Positions 19,784-29,539 of a stretch of 64,000 nt of DNA are shown here, piece after piece. This DNA is from Bacteroidota bacterium. Its GTDB lineage: Bacteria > Bacteroidota > Bacteroidia > Flavobacteriales > Flavobacteriaceae. Positions within the stretch are counted from its first letter, which is position 1. The number at the start of each line of letters is the position of its first letter. Below the pieces are notes generated by a model that worked only from the letters and a program-made list of their open reading frames with translations, was not told the origin of the DNA and searched no databases. Location: NCBI GenBank assembly GCA_043778105.1, contig JAYWGV010000061.1, positions 5,179 to 69,178 of the forward strand, given 5' to 3'. The translations under genes and the position numbers were made by a program.

Positions 19784-21736
19784 ATGTTGAAATTAATCAG
19801 GACAAATGAATATAAAGTACTAGCTTATAGAATTTTATTAGCCTATATTTTTTATTTTGTTGCTCGCATTTTGTTTTATACATACAATAGCGATTTTTTA
19901 AAAGTCGATTCATTTTCAGATTTTTTATTGCTTCAATATTATGGTTTGGCATTTGACACAACTGCAATTTTATATGTAAATTTATTATTTATAGTTTTTT
20001 CAATATTGCCTTTTTGGATTAACACAAAAGTTGGTTATCAAAAGTTTCTATTTTATTTTTATTTTACGACCAATATTTTTGTTTATTCTACTAATTTTAT
20101 AGATTTTATTTATTACAAATTCAGTCGTGTTCGCAGCACAACAGCCTCATTAGAAGTCGTTCAGCATGAAACCAATAAATCGAGTTTGTTTTTTAGTTTT
20201 ATGATTACCTATTGGCACGTATGGGTTTTACTCGTTTTATTGTCAATAATTTGGATTTATTTGTATAAAAAAGTAAAAATTGATTCCGCAGTAAAAATTA
20301 AGCTAATTCCTTATTTTGGATTTTCTATAATTTCATTCCTAATAATTGCTACATTAATAATTGGTGGCATTCGCGGCGGCGATTTTCAAAAATCTACAAG
20401 ACCAATTAATCTCGTCGATGCAGGAAAACATGTAAAGAAAATTAATCATTCTGATGTTGTGCTCAATACACCGTTTGCAATTATTCGAACTTTGTTTAGC
20501 AATAGTTTCAAAAAGCCAAATTTCACTGATGTGAATGAAGAAGTTATTGCACAAAAAGTGCAGCCTTTAAAACAATATTCTAATAATTCGCCATCAAAAC
20601 CAAATGTTGTATTAATTATTTTAGAAAGTTACAGCCGCGAATATATTGGTGCATTCAATTCGATTTTAAAAATTCCTGATTTAAAATCGCATGCACCATT
20701 TTTAGATTCGTTGTCGCAACACAGCATGATTTTCCCAAATGCTTACGCAAATGGGCGACAATCAATTCATGGCATGTCATCGGTTTTGGCAGGAATTCCA
20801 GCGTTTAAAGATGCATTTACATCATCGCCATATCCAAAACAAAAAATAGAATCGCTGGTTTCGACATTAGAATCAGAAGGTTATGAAACTTCATTTTTTC
20901 ATGGTGCTGCCAATGGTTCTATGGGTTTTCAAGGATTTGGAAATATTCTTGGAATAGACAATTATTACGGTCGAACCGAATTTAACGACGATTCGCAATA
21001 TGACGGTTTTTGGGGAATTTGGGACGAACCATTCTTGCAATTCATGAAAAATACTTTGGATAAAAAGAAAACACCATTTTTTTCTACTGTTTTTACCGTT
21101 TCGTCGCACGAACCTTTTAATATTCCTGAAAAATATAAAAATAAATTCAAAGAAGGAAAAATTCAAATGCACAAATGTGTCGAATATACCGATTATGCAT
21201 TACAACGTTTTTTTAACGAAGCCAAAAAATCGAGTTGGTTTAATAATACTATCTTTGTATTGGTTGCCGATCATGGAAATCAGGTTTTTTATGACGAATA
21301 CAACAAGCAAGTAAACAGATTTGCTGTTCCTATAATCATTTATAAACCAAACAGTAAATATATTGGAATTAATAACGATTTGGCGCAACAAATAGACATT
21401 TATCCGACAATTCTTGACATGATTGGTTATCAAAAACCTTTTAGAAGTTGGGGCAGGAGTTTGTTCGATAAAAAATCACAAGAGCCATTTGTAATTAATT
21501 CGACTGGCGATATTACTCAGTTTTTAAAGGGAAATTACATTTGCACATTCGACGGAAAAAAAGCAACAGGTTTTTATGATAAGAATGATTTGGGTTTAAA
21601 TACTAATCTTATTGCTAAACGAAATCAAGAAATGAACGATATTGAATTGCAATGCAAAGCGTTTATTCAAGATTATATGAACAAAATTGTTGATCGAAAA
21701 TTAGCCCAGCCCCCTAACCCCCGAAGGGGGAACTAG
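19784..21736 (+). CDS. LTA synthase/sulfatase-family membrane protein
   Basis: Five N-terminal TM helices followed by a sulfatase-like domain (ILESYS...ADHG). The last 9-10 codons (..AQPPNPRRGN) are supplied by the C5/G5 repeat element. Confidence 0.75.
   Translation: MLKLIRTNEYKVLAYRILLAYIFYFVARILFYTYNSDFLKVDSFSDFLLLQYYGLAFDTTAILYVNLLFIVFSILPFWINTKVGYQKFLFYFYFTTNIFVYSTNFIDFIYYKFSRVRSTTASLEVVQHETNKSSLFFSFMITYWHVWVLLVLLSIIWIYLYKKVKIDSAVKIKLIPYFGFSIISFLIIATLIIGGIRGGDFQKSTRPINLVDAGKHVKKINHSDVVLNTPFAIIRTLFSNSFKKPNFTDVNEEVIAQKVQPLKQYSNNSPSKPNVVLIILESYSREYIGAFNSILKIPDLKSHAPFLDSLSQHSMIFPNAYANGRQSIHGMSSVLAGIPAFKDAFTSSPYPKQKIESLVSTLESEGYETSFFHGAANGSMGFQGFGNILGIDNYYGRTEFNDDSQYDGFWGIWDEPFLQFMKNTLDKKKTPFFSTVFTVSSHEPFNIPEKYKNKFKEGKIQMHKCVEYTDYALQRFFNEAKKSSWFNNTIFVLVADHGNQVFYDEYNKQVNRFAVPIIIYKPNSKYIGINNDLAQQIDIYPTILDMIGYQKPFRSWGRSLFDKKSQEPFVINSTGDITQFLKGNYICTFDGKKATGFYDKNDLGLNTNLIAKRNQEMNDIELQCKAFIQDYMNKIVDRKLAQPPNPRRGN
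21708..21732 (+). repeat. C5/G5 element, copy ii
   Basis: AGCCCCCTAACCCCCGAAGGGGGAA, followed by C and then the TAG stop of the LTA-synthase-like ORF. Confidence 0.75.
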
Positions 21737-21772
21737 CTGCATAAACGCATAATTTAAAAATAATATTTTAAA

Positions 21773-22348
21773 ATGAAAAAGAAAATAGGTTTTTTGATAT
21801 TTGGAATAGTTTTAATATTCGTAGGAAAATATGTTTATGACATGAATATTAATCACAATTTTGAAACCATAACCGAAGGAAAAGTTTATAAATCGGGCGT
21901 AATTCCGCCTGACGAAATTGCTGGTTATGTAAAAGATTATGGCATAAAATCAATAATAGATTTGCGTTTTCCAGGAACTGATGATTTGGTTAATAATCCT
22001 GAAAATCCCGAAGAATTGAAAGCAGAAATTGCGGCTATTCAAAAAATTAAAGGTCTGAAATATTTTAATGATGGTTCGGATCAAGTTCCAAATCAAGAAA
22101 ACATTGATAAATTTCTTAAAATAATGGATGATAAAAACAATTATCCGGTTTTAATTCATTGCTATCATGGCGTTGGTCGTGCTGAATTATATTCGGCATT
22201 ATACAGAATTGAGTACGAAAATTGGTCGAATGAAGATGCAAGAAAAGGCATCAGGTTTTTAATAAAATGGGGTTCATTTGACGATGGAAAACCAAAAGGA
22301 GAATTCTTGAAAGCATATAAAACCAGGAAAGAATTGGGTTTAAAATAA
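21773..22348 (+). CDS. membrane-anchored protein-tyrosine/dual-specificity phosphatase-like protein
   Basis: CX5R P-loop (HCYHGVGRA). Confidence 0.7.
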   Translation: MKKKIGFLIFGIVLIFVGKYVYDMNINHNFETITEGKVYKSGVIPPDEIAGYVKDYGIKSIIDLRFPGTDDLVNNPENPEELKAEIAAIQKIKGLKYFNDGSDQVPNQENIDKFLKIMDDKNNYPVLIHCYHGVGRAELYSALYRIEYENWSNEDARKGIRFLIKWGSFDDGKPKGEFLKAYKTRKELGLK

Positions 22349-22349
22349 A

Positions 22350-22931
22350 TCACTCATCAAACATTTTAAGCAGATTTGTAATTGTGTTATAATTTCTAAT
22401 AGTTGCGATAACGTTTAATTTCTTTTCTATATAATTTTGGTCTAATTTGGTTTTTCCTGCGCCAGTTTCATATTTAATAAAAATTCTATTTGCATCAATA
22501 ACAGCTTCATCGGGTTTAAAATTGCTAATTTTCAAATCATTGATGTTTTCAGGTTTTAAAATCGATGAAACGAAAGCTACATATAATTTTTTAATATCAA
22601 TTTCTGGAATTTTAAGATATGGATTGTTTTCGAAGCACAATTCTAGATCTTTTTTTGAAATTACAATAATAGGAACATCATGACCAAAAGTTTTTTGGAT
22701 TTCTTGCTTAATGATAAAACCAATTTTCGCAGTACTTTCTTCATTAGTATCAATTAAAACATTTCCAGATTGAATATAAGTTCGCACGTTTTGAAAACCA
22801 ATTTTTTCTAGTGCAATTTTCAAAGCATCCATTTTTATCATTTTATTGCCAGAAACATTAATGCCACGAAGTAAAGCCAAATGAGTTTGCATTTTTTTTA
22901 AATTTGTGTAAAAATTATACTTTTTGGTCAA
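22350..22931 (-). CDS. DUF1697-type protein
   Basis: LLRGINVSGNK...VRTYIQSGNV is the characteristic pattern. Confidence 0.65.
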   Translation of the reverse strand: MTKKYNFYTNLKKMQTHLALLRGINVSGNKMIKMDALKIALEKIGFQNVRTYIQSGNVLIDTNEESTAKIGFIIKQEIQKTFGHDVPIIVISKKDLELCFENNPYLKIPEIDIKKLYVAFVSSILKPENINDLKISNFKPDEAVIDANRIFIKYETGAGKTKLDQNYIEKKLNVIATIRNYNTITNLLKMFDE

Positions 22932-22974
22932 ATTTACTAAAGTTTAGCTATTTTTGTTTAAAAAATATTCTTAA

Positions 22975-23166
22975 ATGAAATTCATAAACAAATTATTTAT
23001 TCCAATCATGATTCTCGCATTTTATTTTGCTTTTAGTGAACAAAATAAATCCAGTCAGAATATTTATATAATCATAATTGCATTGGCAATTTTTATGTTT
23101 GGTATGATGAAATTGAGTGCAAAAACGCCAAGTAAAAATAACGAAAACCAAGATGATAATGTTTAA
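22975..23166 (+). CDS. small two-TM membrane protein
   Basis: 63 aa with two hydrophobic helices. Its stop overlaps the Smr start (ATGTTTAA). Confidence 0.4.
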   Translation: MKFINKLFIPIMILAFYFAFSEQNKSSQNIYIIIIALAIFMFGMMKLSAKTPSKNNENQDDNV

Positions 23167-23713
23167 TATTGGCGATAAAGTTTCTGTTCTTGACGATGAT
23201 ATGGACGGAGTTGTGACAAAAATTAATGTCAACCAAATCACTATTGAAACCACCGAAGGTTTCGAATTGAATTTTCAAGCAAAAGAATTAATTAAAACAG
23301 GAAATTCTAATGATTTTAAAAATAGCATTGGCACATTTAATTCTAATGAAATAAAAAAATCTAAAGAAATTCCGAAACCAAGAAGTTTTGTAAAAGAAAA
23401 AAAAGTTAAAGAAATTCCACCACCAGAATTCGACTTGCACATCGAAAAATTAGTAAAAAACTTTCGTGGAATGTCTAATTATGAAATTCTAACATTACAA
23501 TCAGAAACTGCCAAAAGACATTTAGAATTTGCGATTAAAAACCGAATTCCAAAAATTGTTTTTATTCATGGAGTAGGCGAAGGTGTTCTAAAATCTGAAC
23601 TCGATTTTATGTTGGCTCGATACGAAAACATTGACTTCAAGGAAGGAAATTATCAAAAATATGGGCAAGGAGCAACCGAAATTTTTATTCGACAGAGTCA
23701 AAGTTTAAAGTAA
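23153..23713 (+). CDS. Smr-domain protein
   Basis: C-terminal Smr pattern: DLHIEKL...IVFIHGVGEGVLK. The start is probably ATG 23153 or 23159, not the GTG at 23117. Confidence 0.7.
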   Translation: MIMFNIGDKVSVLDDDMDGVVTKINVNQITIETTEGFELNFQAKELIKTGNSNDFKNSIGTFNSNEIKKSKEIPKPRSFVKEKKVKEIPPPEFDLHIEKLVKNFRGMSNYEILTLQSETAKRHLEFAIKNRIPKIVFIHGVGEGVLKSELDFMLARYENIDFKEGNYQKYGQGATEIFIRQSQSLK

Positions 23714-23720
23714 ATAGTTA

Positions 23721-24680
23721 TTATTCTAATTCTCCTAAATAAAACTTATCTCCCAATAAAAATTCACTGTTTCCTCTTTTAAATTTTACACCGACTAAAT
23801 AAAATTTATGGATGTAAAGATCGCCACTTTTGGTTGTTTCAACTTGAACTGATCCTGTTGTAGCTTTCCATTCTTGAGATAAAATTGGGTCAGTAATTGT
23901 ATATGAAGTTGCACACTTGTAATCGGCGTTACCAGTGAAATTTGTTGTAAAAATTCTGTAATACAGGTTATTAGTATCAGAAATAACTGAAATTCTTGGA
24001 TTATTTACAGATGTAATTTCATTTTGAATTAATCCAGCAACGTTATTATCAAATGAAATTAATGATGTAATTCCATTTTTAGAGGTCAAATTATTACTAG
24101 TTGGACATTTTTTGATTTTATCAGTAAAAACTTTAAAATCTAGTTTTTTAAATTCTGGTTTAAAATTACCAAATCTAAATTCTTCATAAAATTGTTCGCC
24201 CAATGGTTTTTTAAAAGTAATATTTTTAAATATAATTAAAAAATTATAACCATCAATTTCTTCGGCATTTGTGTTTTCGGTAGTTGCAGTGCTATTATTT
24301 TTAGATATTGTCGATGTAATTTCGATTGTTCCGCCAGTTGCTGTCCATTCTTCGACCAAACTCGGTGTTGCTGTTCCTGCATCGCAGACATTTGCGCCTG
24401 AAACTGCGCCACTATATGTTCTATATGTAACAGAAGCTTCGCTTCCAATGTTATAAATCCTTGGTTTATTTGCTTCCGTTTGATCTTCTTTGAATGGAAA
24501 GTCTTGTTTTATAATTTTTAAATATAATATTTCATTTCCTTTAATTTTGTAAACTGTTTGTGTATTGGGACATTGTGCGCCAGCAATACTTTCAAAAGTA
24601 ATTTCTTGAACAGCAACATCGCCATCATCACAAGCATTGATAATAAAAAATGATAAAAATAAAGCAATAAAAATTTTCAT
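23721..24680 (-). CDS. hypothetical lipoprotein
   Basis: MKIFIALFLSFFIINAC lipobox. I prefer the internal ATG at 24680. Confidence 0.55.
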   Translation of the reverse strand: MKIFIALFLSFFIINACDDGDVAVQEITFESIAGAQCPNTQTVYKIKGNEILYLKIIKQDFPFKEDQTEANKPRIYNIGSEASVTYRTYSGAVSGANVCDAGTATPSLVEEWTATGGTIEITSTISKNNSTATTENTNAEEIDGYNFLIIFKNITFKKPLGEQFYEEFRFGNFKPEFKKLDFKVFTDKIKKCPTSNNLTSKNGITSLISFDNNVAGLIQNEITSVNNPRISVISDTNNLYYRIFTTNFTGNADYKCATSYTITDPILSQEWKATTGSVQVETTKSGDLYIHKFYLVGVKFKRGNSEFLLGDKFYLGELE

Positions 24681-24758
24681 AAAAAACAATTTTTCACAAA
24701 AATAAGATTTTAAATTCATTAGCCAAGAAATTAATTTTCTATTAACATTACAAAATTA

Positions 24759-24766
24759 TATCTTTG
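24759..24766 (+). promoter_or_regulatory. -7 box TATCTTTG (cysteine desulfurase)
   Basis: TAnnTTTG match, 4 nt upstream of the ATG. I saw no clear -33 TTG. Confidence 0.4.
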
Positions 24767-24770
24767 CACA

Positions 24771-25892
24771 ATGAGAAAAGTATATTTAGACAACGCAGCG
24801 ACTACTCAAATTCGTCAAGAAGTTGCTACCGAAATGACCAAAGTAATGTTAGAAGATTATGGAAATCCATCATCGAACCACAGTTTTGGTCGAAGTGCCA
24901 AAAATTTACTAGAACTTTCACGAAAGTCAATAGCTAAAAATCTAAATGCAACTGCTCAAGAAATTATTTTTACATCTGGCGGAACCGAAGCCAATAATTG
25001 GATACTAAAATCGGCTGTTAGAGATTTAAAAATTCTACGAATTATTTCTTCTAAAATCGAACATCATGCAGTTTCATATACTATTGAAGCTTTAAAAAAA
25101 GAGTATAATATTCAAGTCGATTATGTTAAAATCAAAAATTGCGGAAATGTCGATTTGACACATCTTGTTGAATTATTATCGACAAATGTGCTAACATTGG
25201 TTTCCTTAATGCATGTCAATAATGAAATTGGAACAATGATAGACTTACAAAGAGTAGGTACAATTTGTCGTGAACATAATGCTTATTTTCATTCGGACAC
25301 AGTGCAATCATTAGGTAAAATTAAATTAGATTTAAAAGAATTTCCAATTGATTTTTTGGTTGCAAGTGCGCACAAATTTCATGGACCAAAAGGAATTGGT
25401 TTTGCTTATGTTAGAAAAGGAATTCCGTTGTTTCCGATTTTGGTTGGTGGCGAACAAGAAAAAGGGCAACGTGCTGGAACCGAAGGTTTGCACAATATTG
25501 TTGGAATGTCGAAAGCATTAGAAATTTCGATGGAGAAACTTGATTCAGAAACTGAATATATTCTAGATTTAAAGAATTATTGCATCTTAAAATTAAACGA
25601 AATTTATCCTGATGTGAAAGTTAATGGCGAAGAAACTTTTTATAATATAATCAATGCTTCGTTGCCAATTTCTAATGAAAAAGCAAGTTTAATGTTGTTT
25701 AATCTTGACATGAAAGGAATTGCAGTTTCGCGCGGAAGTGCTTGTCAGTCAGGTTCTAGCAAGCCATCGCACGTTTTAGCGGAAATGTTGAATGAAGCTG
25801 ATTTAGAAAAACCAAATCTTCGAATTTCGTTCAGTCATTATAACACCAAAGACGATATTGATTATTTAATCGATGTTTTGAAAACTGTGTAA
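24771..25892 (+). CDS. cysteine desulfurase (class V aminotransferase)
   Basis: SAHKFHGPKG PLP-lysine motif and the GSACQSG active-site Cys loop. Confidence 0.85.
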   Translation: MRKVYLDNAATTQIRQEVATEMTKVMLEDYGNPSSNHSFGRSAKNLLELSRKSIAKNLNATAQEIIFTSGGTEANNWILKSAVRDLKILRIISSKIEHHAVSYTIEALKKEYNIQVDYVKIKNCGNVDLTHLVELLSTNVLTLVSLMHVNNEIGTMIDLQRVGTICREHNAYFHSDTVQSLGKIKLDLKEFPIDFLVASAHKFHGPKGIGFAYVRKGIPLFPILVGGEQEKGQRAGTEGLHNIVGMSKALEISMEKLDSETEYILDLKNYCILKLNEIYPDVKVNGEETFYNIINASLPISNEKASLMLFNLDMKGIAVSRGSACQSGSSKPSHVLAEMLNEADLEKPNLRISFSHYNTKDDIDYLIDVLKTV

Positions 25893-25927
25893 AAATTTGA
25901 CGCAAATTTTCAATAATAGTTTAAAAT

Positions 25928-25964
25928 AAAAAAAAACTCAATTTCAAAGAAATTGAGCTTTTTT
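25928..25964. terminator. bidirectional intrinsic terminator
   Basis: A9-CTCAATTTC-AAA-GAAATTGAG-C-T6, between the cysteine desulfurase gene and dnaN. Confidence 0.8.
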
Positions 25965-25976
25965 ATAAATATTGAA

Positions 25977-26001
25977 TTCCCCCTTTGGGGGTTAGGGGGC
26001 T
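25977..26001 (-). repeat. C5/G5 element, copy iii
   Basis: The minus strand reads TAA(dnaN stop)-AGCCCCCTAACCCCCAAAGGGGGAA. Confidence 0.75.
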
Positions 26002-27120
26002 TTAATTATTAATCATAACTGGCATAACCAACATTGTAACCAATTCGCCATCTTCTAAACCATCAACTGGAGTTAAAATTCCTGCACGATTTGGCAAAGA
26101 CATTTCCAACATAATCATATCAGATTGTAAATTATTCAACATTTCAAGCAAAAATCTTGAATTGAAGCCAATTTGTAAATCGTCACCTTGGTAATCACAA
26201 GTCAATCTTTCTTCGGCTTTGTTAGAATAATCAATGTCTTCGGCAGAAATATTCAATTCTGCACCAGCAATTTTTAAACGAATTTGGTGCGTAGTTTTGT
26301 TAGAGAAAATTGCGACACGACGAACCGAACTTAAGAATTGAGAACGATCAATCATTAATTTATTTGGATTTTCTTTAGGAATAACGGCTTCGTAATTTGG
26401 ATATTTGCCATCGATTAATCGACACATTAACAAGTAATTATCAAACGAAAAAGTAGCATTCGAGTTGTTGTATTCAATTTTTATTTCCGCATCAGATGTT
26501 CCAAGAATACTTTTCAAGATATTCAATGGTTTTTTTGGCATAATAAAATCTGCAACTTCCGATGCTTTTACATCAGTTCTTGCATATTTCACTAATTTAT
26601 GTGCATCAGTGGCAACAAAAGTCAAGCCTTCTGGCGAAAACTGAAAGAAAACACCTGACATTACTGGACGCAAATCATCGTTTCCAGCAGCAAAAATTGT
26701 TTTGCTAATTGCAGTTGCCAAAACATCAGCTGGAACTAGAGTTGTAGATGGTTCATCAAGATTTACCGATTTTGGAAATTCTTCTGCGGCAGCATAAGCA
26801 ACTGCATATTTACCTGAATTAGAACTAATTTCTATTGTATTATTTTCTTCGACAGTAAAAGTCAAGGGTTGTTCTGGAAATGTTTTCAAGATTTCTAACA
26901 ACAATTTTGCAGGAACAGCAACGCTTCCTGTGCTTGCCGAATCGATTTCTAGGGTTGCCGACATTGTAGTTTCAAGATCCGAAGCCGAAACTGTCAATAA
27001 AGTTTTATTTAATTCAAATAGAAAATTATCTAGAATTGGCAACGTGTTGCTGCTATTGATAACGCTTCCTAATACTTGCAATTGCTTCAATAAGTACGAA
27101 CTTGATACAATGAATTTCAT
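26002..27120 (-). CDS. dnaN: DNA polymerase III beta sliding clamp
   Basis: 372 aa with the typical three-domain clamp pattern (LPILDNFLFE..., ...MPVMINN). Confidence 0.9.
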   Translation of the reverse strand: MKFIVSSSYLLKQLQVLGSVINSSNTLPILDNFLFELNKTLLTVSASDLETTMSATLEIDSASTGSVAVPAKLLLEILKTFPEQPLTFTVEENNTIEISSNSGKYAVAYAAAEEFPKSVNLDEPSTTLVPADVLATAISKTIFAAGNDDLRPVMSGVFFQFSPEGLTFVATDAHKLVKYARTDVKASEVADFIMPKKPLNILKSILGTSDAEIKIEYNNSNATFSFDNYLLMCRLIDGKYPNYEAVIPKENPNKLMIDRSQFLSSVRRVAIFSNKTTHQIRLKIAGAELNISAEDIDYSNKAEERLTCDYQGDDLQIGFNSRFLLEMLNNLQSDMIMLEMSLPNRAGILTPVDGLEDGELVTMLVMPVMINN

Positions 27121-27168
27121 ATTTAATATAATTTATTTTGTCGTAAATAGTTTGAAATTTACAGATTG

Positions 27169-27176
27169 CAAATATA
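27169..27176 (-). promoter_or_regulatory. -7 box TATATTTG (dnaN)
   Basis: TAnnTTTG match, 48 nt upstream of the ATG. Confidence 0.45.
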
Positions 27177-27217
27177 TCTTAATCTAATTAGAATTAAAAA
27201 TTTTATTTGAATAATAT

Positions 27218-27805
27218 TTATACCTTGTAAAAAACATCTTCAAGTGCAATTTTTAAATCAGGAAATAAAGGACTATTAATATTTTCATCTTCCGATTGAG
27301 GCTTTAAACCTATGTATTCACCATTTCTTAGCGTATAAATTAAGAGTAATTTTTCAAATGGTTCAATCAACCAATATTCTAGAACTCCGGCTTCTTGATA
27401 CAATTTGAATTTGGTATCGACATCGTGTTTGCTATTATTTGGTGAAATAATTTCTACAATCAAATCTGGAACACCATTACATCCTTTTTTATCTAATTTA
27501 GTTTCGTCACAAATAATACACAAATCTGGTTGAACAACAGTTGAATCTTTTTTTTCTGATTGAATTGGCAATCTGACATCAAACGGAGCTTGAAAAACCC
27601 TACAAGGTTTCCTTTTTAAATTTTCATAAAAACAACCTGTCAAATTATTAGAAATTGTCTGATGCATCATACTTGGTGCTGGACTCATCTTTAAAATAAA
27701 TCCTTTTATAAGTTCTACTCTTTCTTGAAATTGCCATTTCAAATAATCAGAATAACTATAAGTTTGGGTTAAATCTAAATCAGATAAATTATAAACTATT
27801 GACAT
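27218..27805 (-). CDS. Uma2 (DUF820) family endonuclease-like protein
   Basis: PDLIVEIISP...K...YQEAGVLEYWLIEP is the PD-(D/E)xK Uma2 signature. I prefer ATG 27805 over the TTG at 27826. Confidence 0.75.
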   Translation of the reverse strand: MSIVYNLSDLDLTQTYSYSDYLKWQFQERVELIKGFILKMSPAPSMMHQTISNNLTGCFYENLKRKPCRVFQAPFDVRLPIQSEKKDSTVVQPDLCIICDETKLDKKGCNGVPDLIVEIISPNNSKHDVDTKFKLYQEAGVLEYWLIEPFEKLLLIYTLRNGEYIGLKPQSEDENINSPLFPDLKIALEDVFYKV

Positions 27806-27856
27806 TGATGCTAATTTTAAAAACAAATTTAATGAATAAATTAGAATAAAATACTG

Positions 27857-29539
27857 CTACTTCGAATATTTTCGCTTCCGCAGATAAGTAAATAATAAGC
27901 CAAAAACCGTTAAAATAACCAACGGAAAACCAACTGCTATGAACTGATTGCGACCATAATTTTTAAAAACTTTTTCTTTATCAAGTAACGGAATTGATAC
28001 ATCTTTGCTTCGAATATTGATTAATCCGTTATCGTCCAACAAAAAATTCACACAATTCATAATGAATTCTTTGTTGCCATAAACATTATTTGTCCATTTA
28101 TCAAAACCTAATTCTAACGGATTTCCGTCTTTATCTATTTGATTTTTAATGACATCACCATCGGCAACAACAATCATTTTATTGTCGATTTTGCTTTGTC
28201 CAACAAATGAATTATCGTCAAACGGCAAAACACGATTGTTGAACATCGACGTAAATTTGCCTTCTAATAAAACTGCGACAGGCAAATTTCCTTTATTAAA
28301 ATATTCAGATTTATCAGATTTTTCTTCAACCATATTCAAATTTATTTGAACTGGAGCACCAACTTTTTTAGAATATTCTGATGAACGAAGTAATATTGTT
28401 TTCTTCAAATCATTTTTTAATAATTCAATCGGATTGGCAAATTCAAATTTTATGCCATCGATGTTTTTCACAATTGGATGTTCGGTTTCTGGATAAATAA
28501 ATGGCGAAAATTTCCAGAAATATTGTTGGTATTCAGTTTTGCTTCCTTGCTCGCCAGTAGCTAGTTTTATTGGAATGCATTGTTCGTCTTTTATCAATTC
28601 TGGATTCATTCGAATGCCATATTTGAAAAACATTTCATTCAAATTCAAATCATTTGGAAATGCCAAAGTAGTTCCGGTTTGGTTTAAATCTTCCATTTCG
28701 GCATTGACATTGTCCAATAACCAAAGAGTTTTTCCGCCATTTACAATAAACTGATCTAGAACTTGCTTTTCTTCGTCGGTAAATTTTTCTCTAGGTTTTG
28801 CAATGATTGCCAAATCATAATATTTCAAATCTTTAGCCGTTTTTACAGCATTTTTAGAAACCGAATCTAAAGTAAAAGGTGCAATAAAATAATTTTCTTT
28901 TACTGTTTTTAAAAAATCGCCAATTTCACGTTGTTGCAATTGTTCGTTTCCGAGAATTACTGCTATTTGCTTTTGTTTTTGAACAGAAATCGTATTTATT
29001 GCATTCGCAAAAGCATATTCTAAATGTTGCACCGAACTTACAACTTTATCGGCTGTCGATGCGCCCAACATATTTTTTAGCAATTGAACTTTAATTTCTT
29101 GGTCTTTATATCGAGCAATCGCCCAAGGAAAAACCATTGTTTGCTCTTGTTTTCCTTTATCGTCAACAGTTATTGAAATCGGAGTTAAACCTTTATTGAA
29201 TAATTCTCGACTTTTGGATTGGCTTTTTTCTTTATCGGCCAACGGATCAATAAACTGAAAAATCACATTCGAATTTCGAGCTTTGAATTCTTGCAATAAT
29301 TGTTGTGTTTCGGTTTGCAATTTCTTGAATTCGCTAGGAAAATCTCCTTCCAAATAAACATCTACATATAAAGGTTCATCAATATTTTTGACAATATTAA
29401 GTGAGGTTTCTGATAATGTATATCGATTGTCTTGCGTTAAATCGAAACGAAGAAAAAACTGACTTCCTAATAAATTGATTATGATAACAATAACTATCGT
29501 AAGCAATAATTTTTGGATATTTTTTGAGTTGTTTTGCAT
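27857..29539 (-). CDS. gldG: gliding-motility ABC transporter accessory protein GldG
   Basis: N- and C-terminal TM anchors around a large periplasmic domain, immediately downstream of gldF. Confidence 0.8.
   Translation of the reverse strand: MQNNSKNIQKLLLTIVIVIIINLLGSQFFLRFDLTQDNRYTLSETSLNIVKNIDEPLYVDVYLEGDFPSEFKKLQTETQQLLQEFKARNSNVIFQFIDPLADKEKSQSKSRELFNKGLTPISITVDDKGKQEQTMVFPWAIARYKDQEIKVQLLKNMLGASTADKVVSSVQHLEYAFANAINTISVQKQKQIAVILGNEQLQQREIGDFLKTVKENYFIAPFTLDSVSKNAVKTAKDLKYYDLAIIAKPREKFTDEEKQVLDQFIVNGGKTLWLLDNVNAEMEDLNQTGTTLAFPNDLNLNEMFFKYGIRMNPELIKDEQCIPIKLATGEQGSKTEYQQYFWKFSPFIYPETEHPIVKNIDGIKFEFANPIELLKNDLKKTILLRSSEYSKKVGAPVQINLNMVEEKSDKSEYFNKGNLPVAVLLEGKFTSMFNNRVLPFDDNSFVGQSKIDNKMIVVADGDVIKNQIDKDGNPLELGFDKWTNNVYGNKEFIMNCVNFLLDDNGLINIRSKDVSIPLLDKEKVFKNYGRNQFIAVGFPLVILTVFGLLFTYLRKRKYSK

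Noticed and set aside
26002-27217. Possible replication origin next to dnaN.
   Set aside because: There is no dnaA gene and no cluster of TTATCCACA-like boxes in the flanking spacers. The only DnaA-box-like 9-mer I noticed (TTTTCCACA, near 10215) is isolated and lies elsewhere.
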